64,000 bases of DNA from Octopus vulgaris (Eukaryota). The stretch covers positions 96,100,001-96,164,000 of the forward strand of contig OX597824.1 of NCBI GenBank assembly GCA_951406725.2. Direction: 5' to 3'. Below are positions 35,272 to 47,459 of the stretch, one piece after another (within the stretch, counting starts at the first letter, position 1; every line of letters begins with the position of its first letter). Under the pieces are notes generated by a model that saw nothing but the letters and a program-made list of their open reading frames with translations, was not told the DNA's origin and did no database searches. Position numbers and translations under genes: made by a program.

Positions 35272-36186
35272 ATGGACGATAGGGAAGAAAGGTATGTCAG
35301 TGATCACCGAAATAAGAGATCGGATCGCGGTAACCAAAATAGGAACCAACAAAGACCTTATCCGTATGGACCTGATCAGAACCAATTTGAAACAGGCTAT
35401 TACCAAAATAGGCAGCAACGAAGACCTCATCCGTATAGAACTGATCAGAACCAACGAAGACCTCTTCCGTATGGACCTGATCAGAACCAATTTGAAACAT
35501 GCTATTACCAAAATAGGCAGCAACGAAGACCTCATCCGTATAGACCTGATCAGAACCAACAAAGACATCCTCCGTATAGACCTGATCAGGATGTTGTTGC
35601 TATTTCAAAGTATCTCTCTTTTATTTTGCGTCACCCAAAGAAAGATTCGAAACTGCAAATGACCGAAGAAGGATATATATACATTAATGATATTTTAAAA
35701 ACGTGGAGATACCGTAATCTGGGATTGTCAGATGTTTTGCATATCGTAAGAAGTAATGACAAGCAGCGATTTGCTGTTAAAAAAGATGATAATGGATATT
35801 ACATGATACGAGCTACTCAGGGACATTCAGTAGACGTAAATCTTCGTTTGGAACCAATTTTAAATCCGGAACATTTTCCTACAGTGGTTCACGGAACCAC
35901 GTACGATGCTTGGCAATTCATTCGTTGGGAAGGCCTAAAGAGAATGAACCGCGCATACATACATTTTGCTTCAGGTATGCCAGAGGACTCTGGTGTCATC
36001 AGCGGTATGCGCAATTCCAGCGTAATAAGCATTTTTATCGACTTGGAAAAAGCCATTTTATGTGGAATTAAATTTTTCCTTTCGGAGAATAGGGTGATAT
36101 TAAGCAAAGGAGACCAGAATGGTATAATTCATCCTGAATTCTTCCGTTGTGTTATAAATCGAAAGACAGGTCAACTTTTAAACTGA
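35272..36186 (+). CDS. TRPT1: tRNA 2'-phosphotransferase (Tpt1/KptA family), intronless, 304 aa from first ATG
   Basis: Uninterrupted ORF with SKYLSFILRH, NDKQRF, IRATQGHS, VVHGT, GLKRMNRAYIHF, SGMR and FFLSENRVILS motifs. The Arg-His-Arg-Arg catalytic residues appear present. The ORF-track TTG start at 35233 is not a normal eukaryotic start. Confidence 0.93.
   Translation: MDDREERYVSDHRNKRSDRGNQNRNQQRPYPYGPDQNQFETGYYQNRQQRRPHPYRTDQNQRRPLPYGPDQNQFETCYYQNRQQRRPHPYRPDQNQQRHPPYRPDQDVVAISKYLSFILRHPKKDSKLQMTEEGYIYINDILKTWRYRNLGLSDVLHIVRSNDKQRFAVKKDDNGYYMIRATQGHSVDVNLRLEPILNPEHFPTVVHGTTYDAWQFIRWEGLKRMNRAYIHFASGMPEDSGVISGMRNSSVISIFIDLEKAILCGIKFFLSENRVILSKGDQNGIIHPEFFRCVINRKTGQLLN
35344..35589 (+). 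repeat. 105-bp (35-aa) in-frame tandem repeat in the TRPT1 N-terminus, ~2.3 copies
   Basis: Units start at 35344, 35449 and 35554 and are built from 36-bp subunits ending ctgatcag. Confidence 0.95.
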
Positions 36187-38607
36187 AAAAAAATTATATT
36201 TTGGGGCAGTTCAACATTTACGATGGAATAGATAGCTTTGCTTTGCTAATTATATATAAAAGAAAATCTTTTCAAAATATTTTCCTTGTCTGTTTATACG
36301 ATGGAAACCTTTCAAAACTTACATCATGACTATTACTAATCACAAATCTTTAATTTTTATAACTGATTAATTCTGTTGGACTTTTTTGCTGAACTGCTTA
36401 GTCACAGGGATGTAAACAAACCAATGCCAGTTGTCAAGTAGCGAGGGTGAGGTACAAAGACACACACACACATACAACAGACTTCCACAGTTTCTATCTA
36501 CCAAATCCTCTCACTGGGGTCAGGTAGAGTAGAAGGCCCTTGCCCAAAGTCCCATGCAGCGGAACTGAACCTGGAACCATCTTAACCACACAGCCATGTC
36601 TGACAAAAAGAAAGAGAACCATTGAGGTGGTCACGGCTAGGCTTACCTTTGGTTCATAATTTTACTTGATTTGAGCGAACTTTTTAGCTAAACCACAACA
36701 TGGAAAGATCAATGTAGTCCATAGCCAAACAACCTCTCTTCTTTTTGTTAGGGAGTTTTTAAACACAAGGGTTACTGTTTGGGGGAGGTCTTATTTCTTT
36801 ACTGTTATGGATATTGCATTTTTCTTTTTCTCTTTTTCTGCTGACTTGTATAGTCTTAGATTCAATTCAGTGCCAAACCAAAAGTACAGAAACTATTATT
36901 TCACTTAAATGGTGTTGTTTAATCTATTGATATTGATATTAATAACTTCACCACACACATTCAACTCAATAATAATAACAACAACAGATACTAAAGATGG
37001 TGCTATGGCCTTTTCTTTGATAACATCTTTCTTGCTTATTTAAATTCAGTTCAATGCACACTTGCCTTCAACCAACCATTTCTCTTTGTGTGTGTGTGTG
37101 ATCTTGATAATAGTTTAGAACAAGTTGTTTTACACCTATTACACTATTTTTTTGTTTTTATGACCGGGTCGAACGCTTTAGTTTGACCATTCTATCAACA
37201 TCACAATGTTTCTAAAATCAATTTATATCCATTTCTTTAGCTATTGATTTCAACAATTCCAATCTATGTAAGAAAACCCTAATTATTTTCTTGATTGTCT
37301 ATTATAATCATTTGTTTATTAAATAAATTGTGTTATTTTTGCCAATATTTCGGTCCAATATTACCAATTCTGTTTGTGTTTTAAAGATAAACTTTATTTT
37401 TACATTACGATAATGAACTTTTTTTTATCAACACCTATTCTGGTAGACGTCCCATAGCCATTCGGTGTTAAAAAAACTAATGTTTAGGTTGAATCTATGT
37501 CAAATGTTAGAGAAAGAAACCTAGCTGTTTCTTGCAATACATACATCTAAAGCAAAAGTTTTTTCAGAGGCCCTTAAAATACTATTGTGGGTCCACAAAT
37601 TTACTATTTTGTTGCGTGGACCCCCCCCCCCAAAAAAAATAAATAAATAAATAAAGACTTATATGGACCCCCGTTTCAGAACCACTGATTTAAGGACTCG
37701 ATATTCGTAATTATATTTATTTGCTTCATTTTAACAATTTAAACGAAAGAAAAACAAACAGAATTTGCTATTTTGAAAATAATTTTAATTTCTCCAAACA
37801 CATTTAATTGTGTCAAGGACCTGGAATCCTTTTAAGGGATGCTAGCATCCTAGTTCTCCGGTTTTTACTAGTTTTCAGTGAGAACTAAGAATATTAGTTT
37901 TGCATTGATATATAGGTATTTAAAATAATTTTTTCTAGCCCTTTTCAAGCCAAGCCAGGCTCGTGGGCCCGGTTTCTGTGGCGTATGTCTTCCCCCCTCT
38001 CCCAACTGGACGGGACGCCAGTCCATCGCACGACCTGAATATATATATTCAATCTCGTTTTATTTTGTAATTCATTTACTGTTTCTTCATAAATCTCGTA
38101 AAAATCGCCCTAAAAAATGTCTTCAAAAAGTAATTTATCTAAGTTTTCTTTCACTCCTGCTTCCGAAGTTTTACTGATAATTTAAATGTTAACGAAATAA
38201 CGGGCGATTCACATATAAAATTCCAAGAAAATCACTTATTAGTTTCGCTGCTGCTATTAAGGGAGTGTAAACGTTGAATTTCCTTTTCCCGGAAAAATGT
38301 TTCTAGATGCGACCAACTTTCATTTTAAAGTTTCAGAATAAAGGTAGATAACTCAACATAAACCACATCTCGTTTATTTCTGTATTCTTTTATTCTACAA
38401 AGGAATACTCTCTTTTTACTCTCTTTTACTTGTTTCAGTCATTTGACTGCGGCCATGCAGGAGCACCGCCTTTAGTCGAGCAAATCGACCCCGGGACTTA
38501 TTCTTTGTAAGCCCAGTACTTATTCTATCGGTCTCTTTTGCCGAACCGCTAGTTGACGGGGACGTAAACACACCAGCATCGGTTGTCAAGCAATGCTAGG
38601 GGGACAA

Positions 38608-38648
<41 letters not shown>

Positions 38649-41219
38649 CATATATACGACAGGCTTCTTTCAGTTTCTGTCTACCAAATCCACTTGCCCA
38701 AGATGCCACGCAGTGGGACTGAACCCGGAACCGTGTGGTTGGTAAACAAGCTACTTACCACACAGCCACTCCTGATGTTGATGAATGCCAATTCTTTCAT
38801 GTTCGGCAGAGGTTCCATATAAAAGAAAACAAATTATTTAAACAGAAATAGAATTTTATGCTTTTTTTTATTTTTTAGGGAGAATCCTTTTAAGATAAAA
38901 TAAGGTCAAGCGTTTGGCAAGGGACGTAACTCAACAGACTGGACAAACTTGCTATAGGAATTTTTTTTTTTTTCTGTTTCACTATCCCTTTTGATTAGAA
39001 TTCGCCCCCCTTTTTTTCTTTTTTTTTCCTTCTTCCCAAAAAGAAAAGCTCTACTTTGTATTTTGTCCCTTCTGTGTTTAGCCCCGCGTGGCCAATAAAG
39101 AAACATGTTTCCCGTTAAATTGACAATCTACTATTTTTATGGTGAACACTTGTGGAATCTCAATTCAGTGCTACAATGGCACAAAAGAAGAGCAATGTAC
39201 CAGAAAACGTGGAGTTTTAGGTGCCCTGTGTCCCCAAAATAAAAGAAGAACCTACACGGTGTCTTCTATCAAAAGATGTGCAATCAGGAGGAGAGTGCTT
39301 TTATATTTGCGAGTTAAAGAACTACAGTTTCTGGTAAATTCTTTCTATTAAAGTCACAAAGTTTGGAAATTTGCGTGTGGGTGTTCCTCAATTACATCAA
39401 GGACGAAAGGATGAAAGTAAGTTGATGGGCCAGGTTGGAATGGAGTAATTTATTATTATTATTATTCTATGCTTTTGCTTTACATTTACAAACTGCCGGC
39501 GTCGGTTGTTAGTTGTCGGAGCACTGCATCCTTCAAAACTTCCATGCTTCCTGAGATTCACCAACACTACACCTGATTTTCTCCCCTCCATACACATGCA
39601 AGTATGTACCTGACTCATATACTGTTCGCTTTCCAGGCATTTCTACATTGCTGCATATGCTTTATATGCACTTTTGACAAGTTGTGGTGCACCGGAGCAC
39701 TGTATACAATAATTTCATTATACTCTTTTACTTGTTTCAGTCATTTGACTGCGGCCATGCTGGGGCACCGCCTTTAGTCGAGCAAATCGACCCTGGGACT
39801 TATTCTTTGTAAGCCCAGTACTTATTCTATCGGTCTCTTTTGCCGAACCGCTAAGTGACGGGGACATAAACACACCAGCATCGGTTGTCAAGCAATGCTA
39901 GGGGGACAAACACAGACACACACATACATATATACGACAGGCTTCTTTCAGTTTCCGTCTACCAAATCCACTCACAAGGCATTGGTCGGCCCGGGGCTAT
40001 AGCAGAAGACACTTGCCCAAGGTGCCACGCAGTGGGACTGACCTGGGACCATGTGGTTGGTTAGCAAGCTACTTACCACACAGCCACTCCTTCCGCCTTA
40101 TTATTATTTTTATAAAGAAACCAAAATAAAACAAAGGGGAAAGCTAAAATGATAATACTGAAAAAAAGGGCTGCACAATAAATAAGGAATAATTAGAAAG
40201 GCACGGATGTTCTCTATTTCTCAATCAGTTAATTATAAATTGATGGATTAATACAATTCAACTATGGAACTGGATCCTCTGATATTTTGCAGAAACATGT
40301 GGCCTCCAAGAAATGTATAAAATCCATTATCTATGTGTTTTATAAATGCATTTACACCAGCAGAGATACCCGGCATTGCTTGGGATTAAAATGCCATAGT
40401 TTTTTATTGTTTTACTTGTTTCAGTCATGTGACTGTGGCCATGCTTGTGCACCACCTTTAGTCGAAGAAATCTACACCGGGATTTATTCTTTGTAAGCCA
40501 AGTACTTATTCTATCGGTGCATTTTGCCAAATGGCTAAGTTACAGGGATGTAAACACACCAACATCAGTTGCCAAGCGATGGTGGGGGTACAAACACAGA
40601 TACACACTCACACAAATATACAACAGTCTTCTTTCAGTTTCCATGTACAAAATCTACTCACAAGGCATTGGTGGGTCTGAGGCTATAGTATATATATATA
40701 TATATATACATCATCATCATCATTTAACGTGCGTTTTCCATGCTGGCATGGGCTGGATGGTTCCACTGAGGTCTGGAGAGCCAACGGCTGCACCATGCTC
40801 CAATCTGATCTGGCAGAGTTTCTACAGCTGGATGCCCATCCTAACACCAACCACTCCAAGAGTGCAGTGGATACTTTATATGTGCCATTGGCACAGAGAG
40901 TGCTTTTTATGTGCCAGTCAGTGGGTACTGGTATCGGCCACATTCAGATGGTGCTTTTTACAGGGGACACTGGCATCGACCACATTCGCATGATGTATTT
41001 TATGTGCCACCGGAATGGGAACCAGTCAGGGGCCACTCGCCACAGCTACAATTTTGGATTCACTTGATTCAACAGGTCTTCTCAAGCATATCGTATCACC
41101 CAACACATCAAGGGTACTTTTAAATGGGCCGGACATGCAACACTGGCATTGGCCAGGGGCAGCAATCTCATTTTAGTTGCTGGGTCTTCTCAAAGAATAT
41201 CACCAAAGGTCTCAGTCTC

Positions 41220-41561
41220 CTATATATATATATATATATATATACATACATAGATAAATATATGTATATATATATATATATTCATATGTATGGATATATA
41301 CATCTATATATGTATATATACACATACATATGCATGGATATATACATATATACACACACATATGTATATATACATATATGTATCACATATATATATATGT
41401 ATTATACATATATAGATATATATATGTAAGAATATACATATATATGTGTATAATACATATATATACATACATATTTATGTGCGTATATATATGTATATTC
41501 TTACATATATATATACACACACACATATATATATGTGTATATATACATTTATATATGTATA
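41220..41561. repeat. Long degenerate (TA/CA/TG)n microsatellite
   Basis: About 340 bp of alternating purine-pyrimidine low-complexity sequence. Confidence 0.95.
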
Positions 41562-42479
41562 CCTGACGTTTGCTCGGGTTAAAGAGAATACTGAAATTTA
41601 AAGAGGCTGTCCAGATTATGCAGGTCTCAGCTGCTAGTAGCCGAGATACCAAATTTCTACATGAATAACTCTCCAACCCATGCCAGCATGGAACATAGAT
41701 GTTAAGTGAAATGTTAAAAGAAAGTTTTCAACTCATATCATCATCATCATCATCATCGTTTAACGTCCGTTTTTCATGCTAGCATGGGTTGGACAGTTCA
41801 ACCGGGGTCTGGGAAGCCAGGAGGCTGCACCAGGCTCCAGTCTGATCTGGCAGAGTTTCTACAGCTGGATGCCCTTCCTAACGCCAACCAATCCGTGAGT
41901 GTAGTGGGTTCTTTTTACGTGCCACCGGCACAGAAGCCAGTCAAGGCGGCGCTGGCATCGGCCAGTTCGGATGGTGCTTTTTACGTGCCACCAGCACAGG
42001 GGTCACAACTACAATTTCCATTTGATTTTCATTTTGATGTTATGTACTTGACTCAATAGGTCTCCTCAAGCACAGCAGGTCACATACTCTTTTACTTGTT
42101 TCAGTAATTTGACTGCGGCCATGCTGGAGCACCGCCTTTAGTCGAACAAATCGACCCCGGGACTTATTCTTTGTAAGCCCAGTACTTATTCTATCGCTCT
42201 CTTTTACCGAACCGCTAAGTGACGGGGACGTAAACACACCAGCATCGGTTGTCAAGCAATGCTAGGGGGACAAACACATATATACGACGAGCTTCTTTCA
42301 GTTTCCGTCTACCAAATCCACCCACAAGGCTTTGGTCGGCCCAAGGCTATAGTAGAAGACACTTGACCAAGGTGCCACGCAGTAGGACTGAACCCGGAAC
42401 TATGTGGTTGGTAAGCAAGCTACTTACCACACAGCCACTCCTGCGCCTATGTATATTAAGTAAATACACATAATTCAAA

Positions 42480-42900
42480 AACACGTTTTGATCAGCTTAT
42501 TTCGTAACCAAAAGTCAGGTGCAGATTATAAACAATGAAAGGCCAATTTTGGTGATTCACCTGACACAGATAGTAGAGAACCAATCCAATGATAAATCTG
42601 AACTTGGTTCTTGGAAGTTTGCATCAATCCTGGTTCAGTTAAATCTTTTGTGGTTCCAAATTATGCCATCTTTAGTGCAGCATTGTACTGTCTAATTTTG
42701 CTTTGGAAATGCTTGGAATCTTGGTCAGTTGAAGACAACCGTTTCTTGAATGGCTCTGGAGGTTGGAGAATTGCAGGGAGTTTAACCATTCCACCACTGC
42801 AGCACAGTGCAAGTGTCTCTCCAGGCCACTTCCTTGCCTTGCAACGTATGCACTCAGTTGTCATTGCACCAATGGAAACCCTAGTGTCATCTGCATAATG
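42480..42900 (-). pseudogene. Helitron RepHel N-terminal fragment
   Basis: IGAMTTECIRCKARKWPGE...CCSGGMVKLP...F...IRQYNAA and QIYHWIGSLL, typical of the Helitron N-terminal Zn-finger region; disrupted. Confidence 0.8.
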
Positions 42901-45900
42901 AACTGCTGACCAGCTCTGGTCAAACAATCCAACCCATCCCAGCATGGAAAGCAAATGTTAACTGATGATGACTTACATATTCGCTTCCTATGATTTCTGT
43001 CTACCACATCCACTCACAAGGCATCGGTTGACCTGGGGCTAAAGAAGATACCTAACCAAAGAACTGCACAGTGGGACTGTGTTCTTCACAATCAAATAGT
43101 CATGCCAGCATGTGCACGAGGTTTTAAAACATATAGGGTACTCACGGCCGCAGTCAAATGACTGAAACAAGTAGGAGTGGTTGTGTGGTAAGTAACTTGC
43201 TTACCAACCACATGGATCCAGGTTCAGTCCCTGTGAGTGGTACCTTGGGCAAGTGTCTTCTACTATAGCCTCGGGCCCACCAAAGCCTTGTGAGTGGATT
43301 TAGTAGACGGAAACTGAAAGAAGCCCGTCGTATATATGTATGAATGTTTGTCCCCCCAACATCACTTGACAACCGATGCTGGTGTGTTTACATCCCCATA
43401 ACTTAGAGGTTCAGCAAAAGAGACCGATAGAATAAGTACTAGGCTTACAAAGAATAAGTCCTGGGGTCGATTTGCTCGACTAAAGGCGGTGCTCCAGCAT
43501 GGCCGCAGTCAAATGACTGAAACAAGTAAAACAATAAAAGAACTTGAAGAGATGACAATTTCAGTGAAATAAGACAGGTACACTACCGCTGTTTATAGCG
43601 AGCGACTCACCTGTCTGATAAATATCCCTCATTTGGCACACAACCAGTGATTTTTTTTTTTGCTTCCTTATGTTAACTGTCACATGTGCCACCAGTGGTT
43701 TATCGCAAACTTCACACAAGTGCCATATGCGCCACCAGTAATATATTTTCATAATTTGAATCTTTGACATGGGTTTGAGGATATTTAAATAACATGACTG
43801 CTAAATATTGAAGTTTAATTACAAAGGTGAACCACACCTTGTCACAGCTATTACTACACTGAGAGCAATAGTACATGAAATACACGGTGTCCCTGCCGAG
43901 TTCCAGTAACAGACCTTGGTGGTTAACGTGTTAAATAATCGTTCCTTGCACCAGAAATAAAGATTTCTTACTTCGACACATAAAACCTAAAGTTGATTGG
44001 TTCCCAGTAAAAATGCTCTCCTCATTTTCACCACCCACCATCCTAGCTATTTCATTATAATAAAAGCATTAAGGCGGCAAAACCATTAGCATGCCAGGTG
44101 AAATGCGTGGCTGTATTTCGTCTGCCGTTACGTTCTGAGTTCAGATTCCGCCGAGGTCGACTATAAGGTGGCGAGCTGGCAGAAACGTTAGCATGCCGGG
44201 CGAAATGCGTAGCCGTATTTCGTCTGCTATTACATTCTGAGTTCAAATTCCGCCGAGGTCAACTTTGCCTTTCATCCTTTCGGGGTCAATAAATTAAGTA
44301 TCAGTTACGCACTGGGGTCGATATAATCAACTTAATCCGTTTGTCCTCTCTGTGTTTAGCCTCTTGTGGGTAGTAAAGAAATAGCTATTTCGTCTGCCGT
44401 TATGTTCTGAGTTCAAATTCTACCAAGATCAACTTTGCCTTTCATCCTTTTGGGGTTGATAAATTAAGTACCAGTTGTGTACAAGGGCTTGATGTAATCA
44501 ACTTACACCCTCCCCCAAAATTTCAGGCGTTGTGCCTATACCAGAAAGAATTATAATAAAACCATTCATGATTTTTCAAAATCTAATTTATACCATGTGG
44601 TCACTACATTTACCATTAACTGCCACATGTAGCACTTGGGGTTCATGAACTTTCTCTAACTGTTACTCCATGCATAGGTGGACACTAAAAAACCATGAAG
44701 TGCCTCAATCCATTTGTTAATGTACAATTAAAAATTAACAAATATAATCAATAAGGTAAAATTTCCAGTGCTTCAATTAAAAATTAACAAATAAGAATAC
44801 AACAAAAACAAAAAGCAGACCACTGAAATTATTTGTTAAACGTTTATTTCCATTTTTTTTTGTATGTTTGTATGTGTGTTTGTAATGGGCATTTCACAAG
44901 ATACACTATGCAAGATAAAAAATTTTTTTTTTGCTTGTAGTTCAACAACTGTTGAATATTGAAGATAGTTTTCAGAGCAGGAATGAAAAAGATGGTAAAG
45001 ATAATAAGAGATAGGACATAAATTAGGTTTTATTATTTTTTTTTTTTCCATTTACACATTTTTTCCCTTCTTTTTCTTGTTTATTTTTTTTTTGTTTTTT
45101 TTATTTTTATGTTTAATTTGTAGCCAGATCCTGCCCTGGAATAGCTCAGTCTGTACATTGTATTTCATTAGAGGAAACAAATGATAAATTCTATCTTTCC
45201 AGTCATTAATTGTAGGCCAATTAATTAAGTAGCTTTTGCACTAAATCAGTGGCAAAAACCAAAAAAGTTCTTTAACGGAGAAAACTGAAAAAAATCTGCT
45301 CAGAATGGAGTCCAAGACATTAATGCCAAAAACCTTCTGCTAAATGTAGGAATTAAAGTATCATCTAGCAGCATTATTATTATTATTATTACAACAGGTT
45401 ACGGTGCCTGAAGAAGCAACAGTGGCAGGAGCATGTTCAGTGTAGAAAACATGAAGACAATACAACCATTTACTGTTGAATGGAATTATAAATATTTTCA
45501 ATATAGTATTTGCACCAAAATGGTACTGAAGACTCAAATAACTACAGGCATGATGAATATGTGGAGGGTTAAAATATTCAAAATAATATAATTCTGAATA
45601 AAAAAAACCTGGTCAAAATGTCTTCAGCAATAATGAAGAGCCACAATAAAATAACTATATATATATATATATATACCCCACCCCAATGCCAATTTTTATA
45701 TTTTGTCCCTACCCAACCCACTTTCTTACTTGACTTGTATCTACCAAATTAATTCTATCACTGTTTCCTCTGTAGTTTTGTTGAGATTGCTCTGGAAGAA
45801 TTCTGCACCAACATTTTCAACTAGCCATCATTCTCATCTCAAATTTTGGGGGGTTCTGAAAAAATTAAAGGAAAATGTTTTAGAATGTAAAAGCAAGCCC

Positions 45901-46200
45901 CAGCTTTAAACTAAATGAAAGCATTAAGGCTGTTACTTATAAAACAATGTACAAAAATGTGAGATATAATTACAATTATTACCATTTTAAACGAATCTAG
46001 CATAATTTGAAGCTCTAAATTTTGAAACGTCTCCCAAAATACTAGAAATCTTATGAAGATAATTAAGTTTTTAAGTACATGAACACTGAAATGTTAAAAT
46101 GTGATATATTTCTAAATGAACTCTTGCAATATAGGGACCAGAGAAAAAAAATAAAAGCAACTTTGAATGAGGCTGTAATGCTTCATGACAAGCTATAAGG

Positions 46201-46886
46201 CAGAGGTCCTTAAACTTTTTGGGTCACCACAACCCCTCAGTGCCCCTACCCCTATTTTTATGTATAAATAAATATTCTATATTTTACTGATCTCTATACA
46301 AAGCTGAAGTTGTCAGTATATGGCAGGTTTGGTAGCCTTCAACTAACACTATCTCCTCCGAGACCCTGCGGCACAAGTTGACCAAAATTGAGAGTATGAT
46401 AGAAGAAGCCTTGCTCTTCCTTCCGTAGAAGAAAAAATTCAAATCGGACCATGTTGACACCAAAAATTATTTACATCAAAAAGGTGTTATTTTTCTATGA
46501 AAACCCCTATTTTTTAATGATTTTTTTTTACTGCTGTGTCGCCATTTTTCAGTGTGTTTCAACCAGAAAAATATTCACTTAAAGAGAATAACAAGCTACA
46601 TAATGCAAAATTTTTACTTTTCAAAAATTCCAATTCTAAAGGCTGGAAAATAAAAGAAACCCGAGCAACGCCGGGCGATACTGCTATTTTATATATACTA
46701 TCAATTATTTCATATAATTTGTATACAATATTATAATAATAATAAATTCATAGTGTCCCCCAATCCACTGTCTTTCTCCCAACGCCTCCTTTTTCTCTAC
46801 TGCCCTCACCCCTTCAAGCACAAGTGCCCACCTGGACTGTCTCAAAGCCCATTAGGGGGCAGTAGCACCCACTTTGAGAACTTATG
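46201..46886. mobile_element. hAT-like MITE (host of the Helitron)
   Basis: Degenerate CAG..AAACTT / TTTGAGAAC..TG ends; 8-bp flanks ctataagg/ctctaagg (7/8 match). Confidence 0.6.
46291..46687 (+). mobile_element. Non-autonomous Helitron nested in a hAT MITE
   Basis: 5' TC start; the 3' end ACCCGAGCAACGCCGGGCGATACTGCTA is shared with the 102-483 element. Confidence 0.72.
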
Positions 46887-47249
46887 CTCTAAGGGATAAA
46901 TTTTCTGCAAAACGATGCAAAGAATGTATAAAGAGAATCCAGATCAACAGTTGGAAGGGAAAGAATTTTCAGGGAAAAACTTAATAATTGCAACACAATT
47001 GCAACTTCTGGCTACTAAAAGTTAATTTTCAATGATTGAATTCCATGTATGTCCAAATACAGATAAAAGGAGATACAGGTCAACGTTTTTCAGATAATAC
47101 TGCAAGACTGACTTCAATTATAGCTGTGCAAACCCAACGTCAAGGCCAGTTTGGTTTTAAACGATATTTGGGAGACAGTACAGTAAAAAAATAAAATTAT
47201 TAATCCAAATTATCTGGCTTCAAATGTGGAAACAAAACAAAAACATTAA

Positions 47250-47459
47250 CTCTTTCGTTACCAACCCGGTTCTGGCTCTGAGTACAAATGCCTTGTTTTT
47301 GTAAGTTTTTAATTGAAATCTTCCACCAAACCTTAGTCACAATTTATGTTCCTAACACTAGCTTCATGATAATTAAGTTATTTTACTAAATTCTTTGTTA
47401 TATTTAAAGTAATTGAAAGAAACACGGAACATCTCAAAATAAATACAGTAACGAAAGGG
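47250..47459. mobile_element. piggyBac-type MITE, same family as 18820-19040
   Basis: TTAA flanks; ctctttcgttac/gtaacgaaaggg TIRs. Confidence 0.82.

Noticed and set aside
35265-35273. YY1-like site CGCCATTAT at the TRPT1 start
   Set aside because: An imperfect short motif; proximity to the YY1 gene is not evidence of regulation.
35236-35662. Overlapping ORFs in other frames and strands over the TRPT1 5' region
   Set aside because: By-product of a stop-poor tandem repeat; no independent homology.
43561-43770. ORF with a CEVC motif and a gtgagt donor
   Set aside because: No recognisable family and no partner exons.
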